Of a stretch of DNA of 64,000 bases, positions 1 through 10,642 are shown piece by piece (the first letter of the stretch is position 1; each line of letters opens with the position of its first letter). The notes beneath the pieces were generated by a model. The model was not told the origin of the DNA. It made no database searches and worked only from the letters and a program-made list of their open reading frames with translations. Origin of the DNA: a virus; the IMG/VR virus record IMGVR_UViG_3300013132_000040, positions 1-64,000 of that record. The stretch is one strand, 5' to 3'. Both the position numbers and the translations under genes were made by a program.

Positions 1-2
1 CT

Positions 3-3000
3 GTAACAAATTACTCTCAGAGTTTCACTACTTATAGAACAGATTGGGACTTTTTATTTGAATACCTAAAATCAGCCAGATTAACCATAGAGGATATGAC
101 AATCGATAAACTCAACGGTTATATGGATGAGAGGATTAAATTCCTTAAATCAAATAAAACAATTAATACAAGTGACGCCGAGCAAGGCGCACGCAATCAA
201 ATTCGTCAAATATGGTTTCAAGCAATGTTTGGCGGGTTTGCTCAGACACCATTTTATAGGAAATATCTAGAAAATTATCAATATAAAAATGGGGCCTTTG
301 TATTAAAAGAGTGGGAAGTTCCTATGGAGGAACTTAATTTTGATAAAAAATCAATTTATATTCAAGGGATTTCAGTTTCTCTTTCTAACAACTTTGCTAA
401 GCATCAAGTCCAAATGCATGATGAACCGACTTATCAACATATAGGTGGCGGCGATAGTAGGCTTGATATAAGTATGGTTGTTTTTGGTGAAGATAATTTA
501 ATACGAATAAGAAGGATGTTTGAAAGAATCGGCGGTTTAGCTCGTCTCGAACATGCTCATGGCGTTTTGGGTTTTCTTGGTATAAAAAATGAGCTTACAG
601 CTTTAGCTGGTATTAAGTATGTAATACCACTAACGTATGAGGTGGACACTATACCCGGATTCCCTCGTGTTTACAATGTTCGTTTATCTTTTATAGATTT
701 TGATGTTTTTCAGCAAAAACGTGAAAGATTATCTTCTGAACAGCAAAATGAGCTTGTTGATCTTTTTGGCAAAAGGAATCCTTTTTTGAGAGTTAAACAG
801 GCGTGGGGAAGATTTAATTGTTACCCCGATTTCCCGCTGTCAATTAAAGATAAAGATACTGGTAAAGTAATAGGTACAATTGATCCGGATTTTTACTTTA
901 GGGCATTTACAACCTATGATGACGATTTAACTTACTGGGGTAGTTTGCCAGACGAAGAAGATGCAACACGATTTAAACTTTCCCCCGATGGTCAGGTAAC
1001 TCAACCTGATGAAAATGATCCTAACTCTAAGGAAAACTTGGATGAAAGTATTTCGCCATTTGGGTTTGATATTAAGAGTGAATATTATTCAAATAAAGAC
1101 AAAAAAGTCGGTAAGTATCCAATGAGGATTACCACCCATATTGGTGTCACTAATGATGCGCAAGATGAGACTGCGGTTGTTGAAATAAGCAACGGCGCTT
1201 CAATTAGAGTTGGTACCCAAAAAGCTGGGGATCCCGAGCCTTTGTTTAGTACGGACGACGGATTAAGGGGCAAGTGGATAGAGGATAATGCTGTAAGTTC
1301 GACTATGACTTCCGAGATTGCTGGCTTAACACCTGGGGCTAAATACCAAAATTGTTATGCCTACAATTCACTTGATCCAAGTGGTCAATTTGAGCTTATT
1401 ATGAACGATGCTAAGTATAGGGATATAAACGGCAGAATGATTAAAGCATTTCCTACCTATATGCTTTGGTTGATAGATGAGGGTGGTCGTTTTGGTGGAG
1501 TAAAGCTTTTTGATAATTTTTACGGTCTTCAATCTGTTGTCGATTTCTCTATCAATAGGTCCGAAGATGTACTCGGCGACACGTTGGTTCTCAGGTTGTC
1601 AAATCTTTATTCAAAACTTTCTACACCTTTTAAGGGATTTGTTAAAAGGCAGGATGGTACTGAAAATCTTGTTTTAGATGACGAAAACGGTAACGCAATA
1701 GAAAGCATTGCTGATATTCCGGAACATTTGATACAAATATATGAAAACATACAGAGTGGAACGCGAGATGATTACGTTGTTGAACTTGAAAGCATAAGGT
1801 TAAAACCTGGTGTTCGCGTACATTTAAGGATGGGTTACGGCGCTAATCCAAATTCATTGGATACCGTATTTAATGGCGTAATAACCCAAGTTCAGGCTGG
1901 GGATATAGTCGAAATTATAGCGCAATCAGATGCTATTGAGTTAAGTCAATATATTAATACGACAAATAAAAAAGGTCATTCAGGAAAAATTGATGGTTCA
2001 ATTGGTACTGGTCTTTATTTGTCTGAGCCAAGAGACCTTATGGTGCGTTTGTTGTCTATGGGTTCGTCTAGGTTTAAGGAGGCGTTTGCGCACGCTACTA
2101 GGGGTCAAGTTTTTTCTGAAAGTAGATTTGGTATTAGACATTTTGGGTCTATACTTTACGAACCACTCAATGATCTTGAGAGACAAAGGCACGCGTTGAG
2201 AGCTCGCGCAGTACAAAATCGCTTGCAGGCTGTTGCTAGTACTTCTTCGATAACAGAAGTAATAACGCCTGGTCTTGGAAACGTTTCAGCTTCTGACGTG
2301 AAAGATATTGCAGATAATAAATCAGATAACTACGCCGATTTAATTGGCGGTGGATTTAGTGGATTTATCGGCAGTGCCGGCATACGTATGCCGTTGATAG
2401 GTTTGATGCAGAGCATGTGGACCAATTTCTTTACTAAAAGAGATTTTGAAATCTTTAAACGTAACATTTATCCGGGCAATGGGACTGGTGTAGCGCAATA
2501 CCTGGGGGGAGATGTGCTCGATGCTGGCCCGATTATGCTTGAGGCAGCTGGTGTTAAAGGGCCTGATTTGTATAATTATATTAGCAATAATCCCGAAAAT
2601 AACATTTTTGCAAATTCACAAAACGGAAACAGTAAAAGCAAAAAAGACACAATAGGACTCTGGTCTGATACGCTTTTGAATCAGTCGTTAGGTGCTAAAA
2701 GAAGGAATTCTTCATCAAGCATTAATAGCTTGGGTCCACTTGGTCCTATGGGCGCTCAAAGTCCCACCAATAATACCGCACCAAATCCTGATGCAGCCGT
2801 TAATAAAACACCTAGGCAAGATGATGGGGATATTGATTTTCCATCTGGTGTAGAATTTTTGATGAACCTTAATCCAGCTAACCCAATGGGTGGTACTCGA
2901 CTTGAGGCTGGTCTTAATCTGGTGAATGGGGTATTCCGCAATAAGGGTCGTATGGCTGACAATCCCATTTTAAGGGCTATGGGATTAGTGCAGGGTGGGG

Positions 3001-6000
3001 AATCTGACGATGATCTTTCCGGTTTTGACGAAGTATCCTTTAGGGCACAAACGTATATGAAAACAGTTTGGGATCTTTTTAGACTTTGTGCCGCTTTACT
3101 CCCCAACTACATTGTTGCTGTTAGGCCGTTTGAGGATAGGTCAACTGTTTTTTATGGTAAGCCGCATTGGCTGTACACTTCAGGTGTCATACCTCTTTCA
3201 ACTGGCGTTCCCAAAAATGATGATAAGCTGAAATATGAAGGGCCAGACGAGGCTTTCCAGAAACTTTTGCGCGAAGCGACAAATAGGGCTAACCCGCTCG
3301 CTGATTATGAAAATCAAATGACATTTTTAAATGATATCAATACGGCAAACCCATTTACCACTAAATCAGGTTTGGACGTCAATGCTGCTCAGTATTCTTC
3401 CCCCAATGCCGTTTCAAAACTTCCCGATACTCAGCTTGGTGCTAAGATCCCCCATAAGAGTGGCAAAGTTAAGTTGGGTAAGCATATTAGCGAAAGTTAC
3501 ATTAAAGTTCCAAGATCTAACGAAGAATTAATACCGATAGTAAAAAAGAAGTTAAGTCAAGAGTATGCTAGTATCGTGGTTGTTGAGCCAACTGGCGAAT
3601 TTAATCCTGATCCAAACTTTGATTATAATAAAAATGAAAAGAACAAACAAAGAAGAGCAGAAATAGAGAAAATTCTTGCTATATTCGACAATAATACTGG
3701 TAACTTAACGACTGGGCGCGTGAGCGATCAGGAAAGATTAAATACTATAAATCGTTATTTGCAGGACCCAAACTATATTAGTGACGAAGAAAAGTACAAA
3801 GACGGTCCAATTAGTAAATATCACGACGAAATCCCCGATCTTCCTGAACAGTATAAATTTAGGAATTGGAAAGATTTTAGAGATTTCAATTTCGCCTTAA
3901 GCTCAGCCGATGAAGAACAATGGTATATTAGAATGCGATGGCCCTACCTGGACTGGCAAACCGTACTTGGTAAAACTTGGGATAATGCAGAAGGCATAGA
4001 GTCTGATTACGATCAGTATGAATCGTATCGAGGCAAAAAAATAGCAGTTGCTAATCCGGCCACGAATATGGTTGTTATTTGTGCGATAGTACAAGACGGG
4101 CCTAATGAAATTGAATATAAGGCCGAAGTTTCACCTGATACATATTTTGTTTTAGGTTTAGATAAATCACCAGAAGCTGAGTGTTATTTTGGTTTTGTAG
4201 ATCAACAAACTAGACTTGGCCCAATGAGTGGTAAGTATGCTTCCGGAATAGATAATTTTGTTTCTGAGACCCCAATACCTACCCCAATTGTTACTCCCCC
4301 TTGGGAGAATGAGCCAGGAAGAGGACCAAGGGATTATCAGGCTTATGTTCAGCCGTTCTACGGTACCGAAAGATTAGTGGAGCAACTATTTCCTCAGGAT
4401 GCCCCTTTTGAATCTGGAAGCGATAGATTCGCTTCGTATCAAAAGCTGTATGAAAGTAATTATTTTATAAATTCATTTCTTTATGGCTGGATGCAGGGTC
4501 ATGCAGACGGCAGGAATGAGTACAAGACTAAAGGACCGCGTCAATCCGGATATTACGGTGCGGGCTCTATGGATAGTGGTCCTAGCGATACAGGTGGCGA
4601 TACAAAACCCGAAGATGCTAAATACGTAGAAAACTATATTTCTGCAATAACTAACCAAATAAAAACAAATCCTACGATAAATGATACACAGTATAAAGTT
4701 GGAATGTATGACATAGTTGGGGAGATAGCTAGAAGGATATACGATGGTAGATACAATGAGAGGCGCGCAAGAGTTGTTTTAAACCAAGAATTTAGAAGTG
4801 ACTATTCGGGATACAAGGATGCAGATGCAATTACTTCGGCGGCAATTCAAACAAAAGAAAGTTTTGACAGAATTAGAAAAACATCTTTCTCTAAAGAATT
4901 TGAACATTTCTCTGAAGATGACGCTGAACAGATTTGGGACGAATTTAGGGCTAGGTGGCATATTAGAAATGATGGTCAATTTAAGGAAGTAAAACAAGCC
5001 GCAGAAGAATTTGTCCTAAAGTACTTAGGCGCTCTTCCCGCAATGACAGATGAACAGCTTGCCGCAACTGTCAAGGATCCATTTTGGATTGATGGTGGTT
5101 CTTCTGATATGAATCTTGACGTCGAAAAAAATCCTATAGACAAAATTCTTTACAGTACTAATATGACTAAGATTGTAAACAATTTCAAAATGCTACTTTG
5201 GAGGCTCCCATTTGCAAGGGCCTGGTTGGTAATTACCAGTACCCGAAACACTGGTAGCACAGCCTATACGGCGGCCGGTGCTGCTGTTACTGCATTTAAT
5301 ACCGCTACGTCGGGTAACGTTTTGACATCAGCAGCACAGGGGTTCGGAGCCGAACAGGTGTTGAAAGCGTTAGGGCCAGCTGATGAATTTGATTTTGGGC
5401 AAAGTGAAGTTACAAGGCTTTGGCGCTGGTACCTTGGTGTCAATAAGGATGGAGAGACTGCTGACAAGGCCAACTTTAGCCCAGATGGCGTTAAATACCT
5501 GACGGAAGCCGCGGCATTAAAGGATGATTTTGTAGCCTTAACTTCCCCATTGGAAGTGCAAAATGGTACTTACTCCGACATTTTTAAGCATAGCAAGATA
5601 GTGAAAGATTTTGTAAGTGCATTAGGTCGCTACAACAGGGTTGGCGCCAAGAGTAAAACCGATATCGAAAGAACAGTAGACAAAATTAAAGATTCATGGG
5701 ATCAAACAATTGGTAGATTCTTTGGCTTAGTCGGAGATGCCCTTACTGGTGTTGTGGGTATGTTTAGGATGTCTTTAATGGAAATGGGCTACGGCATGGG
5801 CATGCTTGGCGCCATGCAGCAGCAGGCTAATATATTAAATCGCGCCTTTAATGATTCCATTTACTACGCAATTGGTGAACCCGGTTCTGCTATATGGTTG
5901 GCTGACAATCCTTTTACAAGGGAGTATGGTGAGCCTGTAATAGAAATTCGGGAGCCATTCCAAAGGTTTCACTATTTAAATTCTTTCCAAGACATCATTG

Positions 6001-7847
6001 ACAATGGTATACAAGAAAAATTAGACAACGTACCTACAGTGATAACTGCCAGTTCCGATGGGAAGTATCCGGTTACTGTCTATTTTGACAAAGGTGCTTC
6101 CCCAGAAAAGCAGTTTGAAATAGGCGTAGAAACTGGACTCTTTTGGGACAACGCAAGGGGTAGTGGGTTTTTTGGATTCCTACACCCATTACTTCATCCA
6201 ATCGAAACTCTAAGGGGAATGTCTAAGAGCGCAACTGGTTCTTCTGATGAGATTCTTTCCAGGAGGGTTGGCCTTTCGTACTTAAAGGAAGGCCTAAAAG
6301 ACATTTATGGTGGGGAACTTGTTATTATTGGAAGGGCAGATATAAGACCACATGATTTGGTTTACCTAGCAGATACTTACGAAAGAATGTACGGAATTTT
6401 TGAAGTGGAGGCGGTTACTCATCACTTGACCAGTGATACAGGTTTTGTCACTTCAATTACTCCCAATGCGGTTGTAACAATCAACGATCCAGCTAGATGG
6501 ACTTTTCAGTCGTGGGTTTGGGGGATGTTTGGTGTTCAAGATACCCGTAATCATGTTCGACACCTCATGTCAGTGACTGCAGATAAAAGTTCTGAAGCAT
6601 ATAATTCTACACTTGCATTTATGCGCGAAAATAACGAAATCGACATGACTGCTTTGGCTGAATCTATACAAGATTCAATTCGTGGTAGTGTTCAATTTAC
6701 GGGCGGTAATAGTGCACTATTAAGGGATATATCCACTCACGCGGCCACAGGCTACATGCGGCCTGCAAGTGATAAGTTCAGGCCACAAATGAATCAATCT
6801 GAACAAACAATGGCTCAAGTTTCAAGAATATTTAATAACCCGGCAACTTCAGCACTTAGTTCTATACCAATTATAGGGTCAGGCCTAGTTGATATTGCGT
6901 GGAGTGGATGGGAGTGGGTTCGTGATAACCTGCTGGATCAACACGGTTGCTATATTCAATATTTAACTAAAAATGGACAACCAATGGACGCAGGATTGAG
7001 TTTTAACCAGGGGGTGGCTGTTGGGCACCATCATACCGTCAACATACTTCCAGGTATACTTAATGTCGAAACAAAAATTACGCAAAATGGAAATAGAAGA
7101 ATTACCGCAAATGATTTAATGGCAGAATTGGGTTGGCAAGAAATTGAAATATCAAGTGTGCAAAGGCAGGTGAGCTGGTGGAATAATTACTGGAACGCCA
7201 AAGTTCTAGAGCTGGCTGGCCGTGGTCCAGATCCCGTTGCCATTTCGCCCCCGAATGCATATCTTGCAATGGTTTTGACCGTTGGTGTAGAAGATGATCA
7301 AAAAGCAGAAGGTGTTATTGATGGCGATACTATAAAAGTTCAAAAGCTCGACGCAAACGGTAAAGCTTCGGGTGAAATAATTACTGTTCGTTTAGCCGGG
7401 GTTAATGCCGCGGAATTAGAGTTTAAGATAGACCTGCAAAGAAATGATCTTTCGGATAAAGGCTATTTAGCGCGTCAGTATCTTGAAAAGCGATTGGTAT
7501 TTGATCCAATTTCAAATGGGTTTCAGCCTATTGTTGCGATTAGGGAGTCCGTGGGTTCCGGCGATAGTCCAAGAAGTTCTACCGACCAATACGGAAGAAC
7601 ACTTGGCGTCGTTTTCCATAATGTTAGTGGCACAGTTTCCAATTCTGAAGATCGAGCAAAAAAGCTTTTGGAGCATGCTACTGCATGGCCGTTGATATCT
7701 TGGGATACCTTTACTGCGGAAGGTTTACCCTATACTGCCAATTGGGAGATGATCGTTACGGGGTTTGCTTATACGGATATGGGTGGAGTTCGCAAAAACG
7801 ATCCGGATAGAGGATACAGTTCCGGTAGGTATACTGGAGGTAATTAA
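3..7847 (+). CDS. Giant baseplate hub-like virion protein (5' truncated) with an internal RlpA-like double-psi beta-barrel and a C-terminal thermonuclease (SNase) domain
   Basis: The frame is open from position 3, so it starts upstream of the window. Hub-type segments: PGVRVHLRMGYG..VFNGVITQV..IIAQSD (~1800-1940) and GELVIIG..IRPHDLVYL..GIFEVEAVTH (~6310-6430). DPBB-like: IRMRW..GKKIAVANP..VVICAIVQDGP..EVSP..LGL (~3920-4160). SNase: VIDGDTIKV..VRLAGVNAAE..DQYGRTLG (~7310-7620). It directly precedes the spike/gp25/J genes. Confidence 0.7.
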   Translation, partial: VTNYSQSFTTYRTDWDFLFEYLKSARLTIEDMTIDKLNGYMDERIKFLKSNKTINTSDAEQGARNQIRQIWFQAMFGGFAQTPFYRKYLENYQYKNGAFVLKEWEVPMEELNFDKKSIYIQGISVSLSNNFAKHQVQMHDEPTYQHIGGGDSRLDISMVVFGEDNLIRIRRMFERIGGLARLEHAHGVLGFLGIKNELTALAGIKYVIPLTYEVDTIPGFPRVYNVRLSFIDFDVFQQKRERLSSEQQNELVDLFGKRNPFLRVKQAWGRFNCYPDFPLSIKDKDTGKVIGTIDPDFYFRAFTTYDDDLTYWGSLPDEEDATRFKLSPDGQVTQPDENDPNSKENLDESISPFGFDIKSEYYSNKDKKVGKYPMRITTHIGVTNDAQDETAVVEISNGASIRVGTQKAGDPEPLFSTDDGLRGKWIEDNAVSSTMTSEIAGLTPGAKYQNCYAYNSLDPSGQFELIMNDAKYRDINGRMIKAFPTYMLWLIDEGGRFGGVKLFDNFYGLQSVVDFSINRSEDVLGDTLVLRLSNLYSKLSTPFKGFVKRQDGTENLVLDDENGNAIESIADIPEHLIQIYENIQSGTRDDYVVELESIRLKPGVRVHLRMGYGANPNSLDTVFNGVITQVQAGDIVEIIAQSDAIELSQYINTTNKKGHSGKIDGSIGTGLYLSEPRDLMVRLLSMGSSRFKEAFAHATRGQVFSESRFGIRHFGSILYEPLNDLERQRHALRARAVQNRLQAVASTSSITEVITPGLGNVSASDVKDIADNKSDNYADLIGGGFSGFIGSAGIRMPLIGLMQSMWTNFFTKRDFEIFKRNIYPGNGTGVAQYLGGDVLDAGPIMLEAAGVKGPDLYNYISNNPENNIFANSQNGNSKSKKDTIGLWSDTLLNQSLGAKRRNSSSSINSLGPLGPMGAQSPTNNTAPNPDAAVNKTPRQDDGDIDFPSGVEFLMNLNPANPMGGTRLEAGLNLVNGVFRNKGRMADNPILRAMGLVQGGESDDDLSGFDEVSFRAQTYMKTVWDLFRLCAALLPNYIVAVRPFEDRSTVFYGKPHWLYTSGVIPLSTGVPKNDDKLKYEGPDEAFQKLLREATNRANPLADYENQMTFLNDINTANPFTTKSGLDVNAAQYSSPNAVSKLPDTQLGAKIPHKSGKVKLGKHISESYIKVPRSNEELIPIVKKKLSQEYASIVVVEPTGEFNPDPNFDYNKNEKNKQRRAEIEKILAIFDNNTGNLTTGRVSDQERLNTINRYLQDPNYISDEEKYKDGPISKYHDEIPDLPEQYKFRNWKDFRDFNFALSSADEEQWYIRMRWPYLDWQTVLGKTWDNAEGIESDYDQYESYRGKKIAVANPATNMVVICAIVQDGPNEIEYKAEVSPDTYFVLGLDKSPEAECYFGFVDQQTRLGPMSGKYASGIDNFVSETPIPTPIVTPPWENEPGRGPRDYQAYVQPFYGTERLVEQLFPQDAPFESGSDRFASYQKLYESNYFINSFLYGWMQGHADGRNEYKTKGPRQSGYYGAGSMDSGPSDTGGDTKPEDAKYVENYISAITNQIKTNPTINDTQYKVGMYDIVGEIARRIYDGRYNERRARVVLNQEFRSDYSGYKDADAITSAAIQTKESFDRIRKTSFSKEFEHFSEDDAEQIWDEFRARWHIRNDGQFKEVKQAAEEFVLKYLGALPAMTDEQLAATVKDPFWIDGGSSDMNLDVEKNPIDKILYSTNMTKIVNNFKMLLWRLPFARAWLVITSTRNTGSTAYTAAGAAVTAFNTATSGNVLTSAAQGFGAEQVLKALGPADEFDFGQSEVTRLWRWYLGVNKDGETADKANFSPDGVKYLTEAAALKDDFVALTSPLEVQNGTYSDIFKHSKIVKDFVSALGRYNRVGAKSKTDIERTVDKIKDSWDQTIGRFFGLVGDALTGVVGMFRMSLMEMGYGMGMLGAMQQQANILNRAFNDSIYYAIGEPGSAIWLADNPFTREYGEPVIEIREPFQRFHYLNSFQDIIDNGIQEKLDNVPTVITASSDGKYPVTVYFDKGASPEKQFEIGVETGLFWDNARGSGFFGFLHPLLHPIETLRGMSKSATGSSDEILSRRVGLSYLKEGLKDIYGGELVIIGRADIRPHDLVYLADTYERMYGIFEVEAVTHHLTSDTGFVTSITPNAVVTINDPARWTFQSWVWGMFGVQDTRNHVRHLMSVTADKSSEAYNSTLAFMRENNEIDMTALAESIQDSIRGSVQFTGGNSALLRDISTHAATGYMRPASDKFRPQMNQSEQTMAQVSRIFNNPATSALSSIPIIGSGLVDIAWSGWEWVRDNLLDQHGCYIQYLTKNGQPMDAGLSFNQGVAVGHHHTVNILPGILNVETKITQNGNRRITANDLMAELGWQEIEISSVQRQVSWWNNYWNAKVLELAGRGPDPVAISPPNAYLAMVLTVGVEDDQKAEGVIDGDTIKVQKLDANGKASGEIITVRLAGVNAAELEFKIDLQRNDLSDKGYLARQYLEKRLVFDPISNGFQPIVAIRESVGSGDSPRSSTDQYGRTLGVVFHNVSGTVSNSEDRAKKLLEHATAWPLISWDTFTAEGLPYTANWEMIVTGFAYTDMGGVRKNDPDRGYSSGRYTGGN

Positions 7848-8809
7848 TGTCTCATTTTGAGTTAAAAATTTCTGATATGCAAAGTGATAGTTCTATATTT
7901 AAGTCTTTGATATCGTCAATGCCTAATTACTCGCCGACTGGTCAAAAAATTGCGCTGAAAACAAGTGACTCACAGTTGCCAGCAAATGAAAGAAAAAAAT
8001 CTTTAACCACTTTTAATGTGTCAGATATATTACAAGGCACTGCAATGTTTAAGCCTTCTGGTTTGGTTTATAATTCTTTTAATGAAGTTTTATCTAAAAG
8101 CCTTGGCCAGGCAAGAAACGCCGCGGTAAATGGAAAACCTATAGGTTTTAGTAAAGCCCAAGTTGGTTTGATGGGTTACGACACTTCGTCTGTTCAGAGT
8201 TTTGATATTGCACTTGGTGCCTCGCAACTTGCCTCTTCGGCCTCTTCAGCGGGTACTGGTGGTGCATCCGCTGGTGGCGCTTTGCCCACTCAAGAGGGTA
8301 ATCCTCCCGCGGGTATACCTAGGGGACCATTCAAGCCCAGTATAAAGCGTTACAATAATCGCGAATGGATTCAAAATACTGGCGTTCAAGAAATACTTTT
8401 GACTGGACAGCAAATAATCGAATTGTTGTTAGCGGCAGGTTGCGATTTAAATGGCGCAGTGTTTATGTGGGCACTATGCAAAAGAGAAAGTAGTTTTCAT
8501 TGCAATCGTGCAGGGGTGAATGACAATGGAAGCACGGATGCTGGTTTGTGGCAAATTAACAATGGAATGAAAAAGGGTACTAATGGAGAACTTTACCAGG
8601 AATTTGATGGGTGGAGAGGCAATAGTATAGAGCAAATGTGCGATCCATGGGTTAATGTGTCTTTTGCTATGAGAATGTCTGGTAATGGCACTAGGTTCGT
8701 GCCATGGCAAACTACCGGTAACTACTCTACGCCAGACGATAGTCATTTACGTGGCGTTAATATAGAAGAGGCAAGAAACTTTTTCCTTGAAAATGGTTAT
8801 AGAGTATAA
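7847..8809 (+). CDS. Virion-associated lysozyme-like/lytic transglycosylase with a shared N-terminal domain (paralog A)
   Basis: C-terminal RESS..A.GVNDNGSTDAGLWQIN..DPWVN..A..M..PW lysozyme-fold motif; G/S/A linker; N-terminus aligns with the next two ORFs. Confidence 0.8.
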   Translation: MSHFELKISDMQSDSSIFKSLISSMPNYSPTGQKIALKTSDSQLPANERKKSLTTFNVSDILQGTAMFKPSGLVYNSFNEVLSKSLGQARNAAVNGKPIGFSKAQVGLMGYDTSSVQSFDIALGASQLASSASSAGTGGASAGGALPTQEGNPPAGIPRGPFKPSIKRYNNREWIQNTGVQEILLTGQQIIELLLAAGCDLNGAVFMWALCKRESSFHCNRAGVNDNGSTDAGLWQINNGMKKGTNGELYQEFDGWRGNSIEQMCDPWVNVSFAMRMSGNGTRFVPWQTTGNYSTPDDSHLRGVNIEEARNFFLENGYRV

Positions 8810-9732
8810 TGGCTTATTTTGATTTTACTATAAATAATTTCAAAAATAATGAAACTGTAGCTAAAGCCTTTATCGAGTCTGCAAAAAATTACGATCCAAC
8901 TGGTATTTTAAAGCCGTTACGGACATCGGCATCTTTAGAGCCCGGTAAAAAAAGTTTGACAACATGGAATGTTGCAGACATATTGCAGAATAATCTGACT
9001 TTTAAGCCGCAAGGTTTAGCTTATACCCAATTTAATGAGCAATCTTCTGTTGCGGCACAAAAAGCCTATAGCCTGCAAATAAATCAAAAAACTGTTGTTT
9101 CAAATGGAACTCGCTATCTTGCCTCTTATGATGTAAACGCTTCTTCTAAATACGTTGTAGATTTGGCTATTGGAGGCACATTTGCTTCACTTGGTACCCA
9201 AAATTCTTCACTAACATCCTCTGGTCGACCAGCACCTCCTTCAAGCGGTTTTATTTTAACCGGGGATTATAGGTTTCCCACGCATAAGACTCATTACGCG
9301 AATCCAGACGGTACACCAAAGGAGGATAGTGGTACAAAGGCGATGGATATTGGCCACTTTGATGGTGCACCAGTTTTTTCTCCTTGGGATGGCAGGGTTG
9401 CTTATATAGGTTATCCGGAGGGTGGGTTGGTTAAATCTGGTGCGACTAAAGATGTTTCTGGCGGGAACGCTATAGTTATAGTCGGCGATAATGGCTGGTC
9501 TATATACATGTGTCATTTTAATAATCCACCACTTGTTGATGTTGGGAGTCGCGTTTCTAAGGGTCAGAATATTGCACATGTAGGCGCGACAGGTCGTGCT
9601 AGTGGCCCCCATGTGCATGTGGCTGTTGCTAACTCCACTAATTTTGACGCCGTTTGGAAAGATCCTATTGATTATTTGTGGGATTTTATGAAAAGCCTCG
9701 AAACGCAAGCAAATGAAAAAAATGTTAATTAA
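8809..9732 (+). CDS. M23-family peptidase with a shared N-terminal domain (paralog B)
   Basis: AMDIG..GAPVFSPWDGRV..GGNAIVI..YMCHF..VGSRVSKGQNIAHVGATGRASGPHVH. Confidence 0.85.
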   Translation: MAYFDFTINNFKNNETVAKAFIESAKNYDPTGILKPLRTSASLEPGKKSLTTWNVADILQNNLTFKPQGLAYTQFNEQSSVAAQKAYSLQINQKTVVSNGTRYLASYDVNASSKYVVDLAIGGTFASLGTQNSSLTSSGRPAPPSSGFILTGDYRFPTHKTHYANPDGTPKEDSGTKAMDIGHFDGAPVFSPWDGRVAYIGYPEGGLVKSGATKDVSGGNAIVIVGDNGWSIYMCHFNNPPLVDVGSRVSKGQNIAHVGATGRASGPHVHVAVANSTNFDAVWKDPIDYLWDFMKSLETQANEKNVN

Positions 9733-9742
9733 GGGTTTATAA

Positions 9743-10642
9743 ATGGCTCATTTTAATATGTCTATTAAAGATTTCTTAAATAGCGGATCAATTGCATCTA
9801 AGGTAGTTGAGAATCAAAAAAATTATACGCCAACAGGTAAGCAGCAAGCGCTAGTTACTTCCGAGTCTAAAGACACAACACCCAAGAAAGGCCTAACAAC
9901 GGCTAGTGTTTCAGACATCCTTCAAAATCAACTGCTTTTTAAAGACCAGGCTTTTGTAAGTTCGCAATTTAATGAAGTTTTATCAAAAGAAATGTCTACA
10001 CTTTTAAGTTTGTCGATTGATGGCCAGAAGGCGAATCTGTCTAGGGGTACTGCCAGCTTGGTCGCCTATGATGTATCGCTTAAAAGTAGGCCAGGTCAAA
10101 TTCTTTTAGAAAATATGACAGGCTTTTCAAGCGGTTCCCCATCTGTTGCGTCGAGACCGACACCGAGTGGCTTTGTCTTTCCTTTGCAATCGACTAAAAC
10201 AACGATTAGGCGCGGATTAGATGGGGCAAAGTGGTCTTCCGAAAACCAGGCAAACACCCATCATAGCTACAACGCTGCCGACATATTCGCTGAACCGGGG
10301 ACTATAGTCGTCGCTGCTATGGGTGGTAAAGTAATATCAGTTAATAATTCTGGCGGAACATTCGGTTCAAGTGTTAGGATAGAGGGTCAGGATGGTTATT
10401 GGTATTACTATACACATATGGGCTCAGGTACTATTTCAGTGACATTAAATCAACAAGTAGCGTCAGGCGCCGTGCTGGGTAGGGTGGGTGTTTCGTCTGA
10501 GGCGCAAAATACTACACCGCATTTGCATTTTGATATAAGTCCACAAGAAAATGGTTTTTCTAGAGGGTATGGTTTTGCAAACGGCCCACTTATTAATCCA
10601 CAACCATGGCTCATTGAGGCTTTTCAACTTTTACCGGAGTGA
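9743..10642 (+). CDS. M23-family peptidase with a shared N-terminal domain (paralog C)
   Basis: HHSYNAADIFAEPGTIVVAAMGGKV..YYYTHM..LGRVG..TPHLHF..INPQPWL. Confidence 0.85.
   Translation: MAHFNMSIKDFLNSGSIASKVVENQKNYTPTGKQQALVTSESKDTTPKKGLTTASVSDILQNQLLFKDQAFVSSQFNEVLSKEMSTLLSLSIDGQKANLSRGTASLVAYDVSLKSRPGQILLENMTGFSSGSPSVASRPTPSGFVFPLQSTKTTIRRGLDGAKWSSENQANTHHSYNAADIFAEPGTIVVAAMGGKVISVNNSGGTFGSSVRIEGQDGYWYYYTHMGSGTISVTLNQQVASGAVLGRVGVSSEAQNTTPHLHFDISPQENGFSRGYGFANGPLINPQPWLIEAFQLLPE

Noticed and set aside
82-98. 17-nt exact repeat TAACCATAGAGGATATG at 82-98 and 34334-34350
   Set aside because: One such match is plausible by chance in 64 kb of AT-rich DNA, and the first copy lies inside an open frame. 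It would only matter if ATG 96 proves to be a real internal start.
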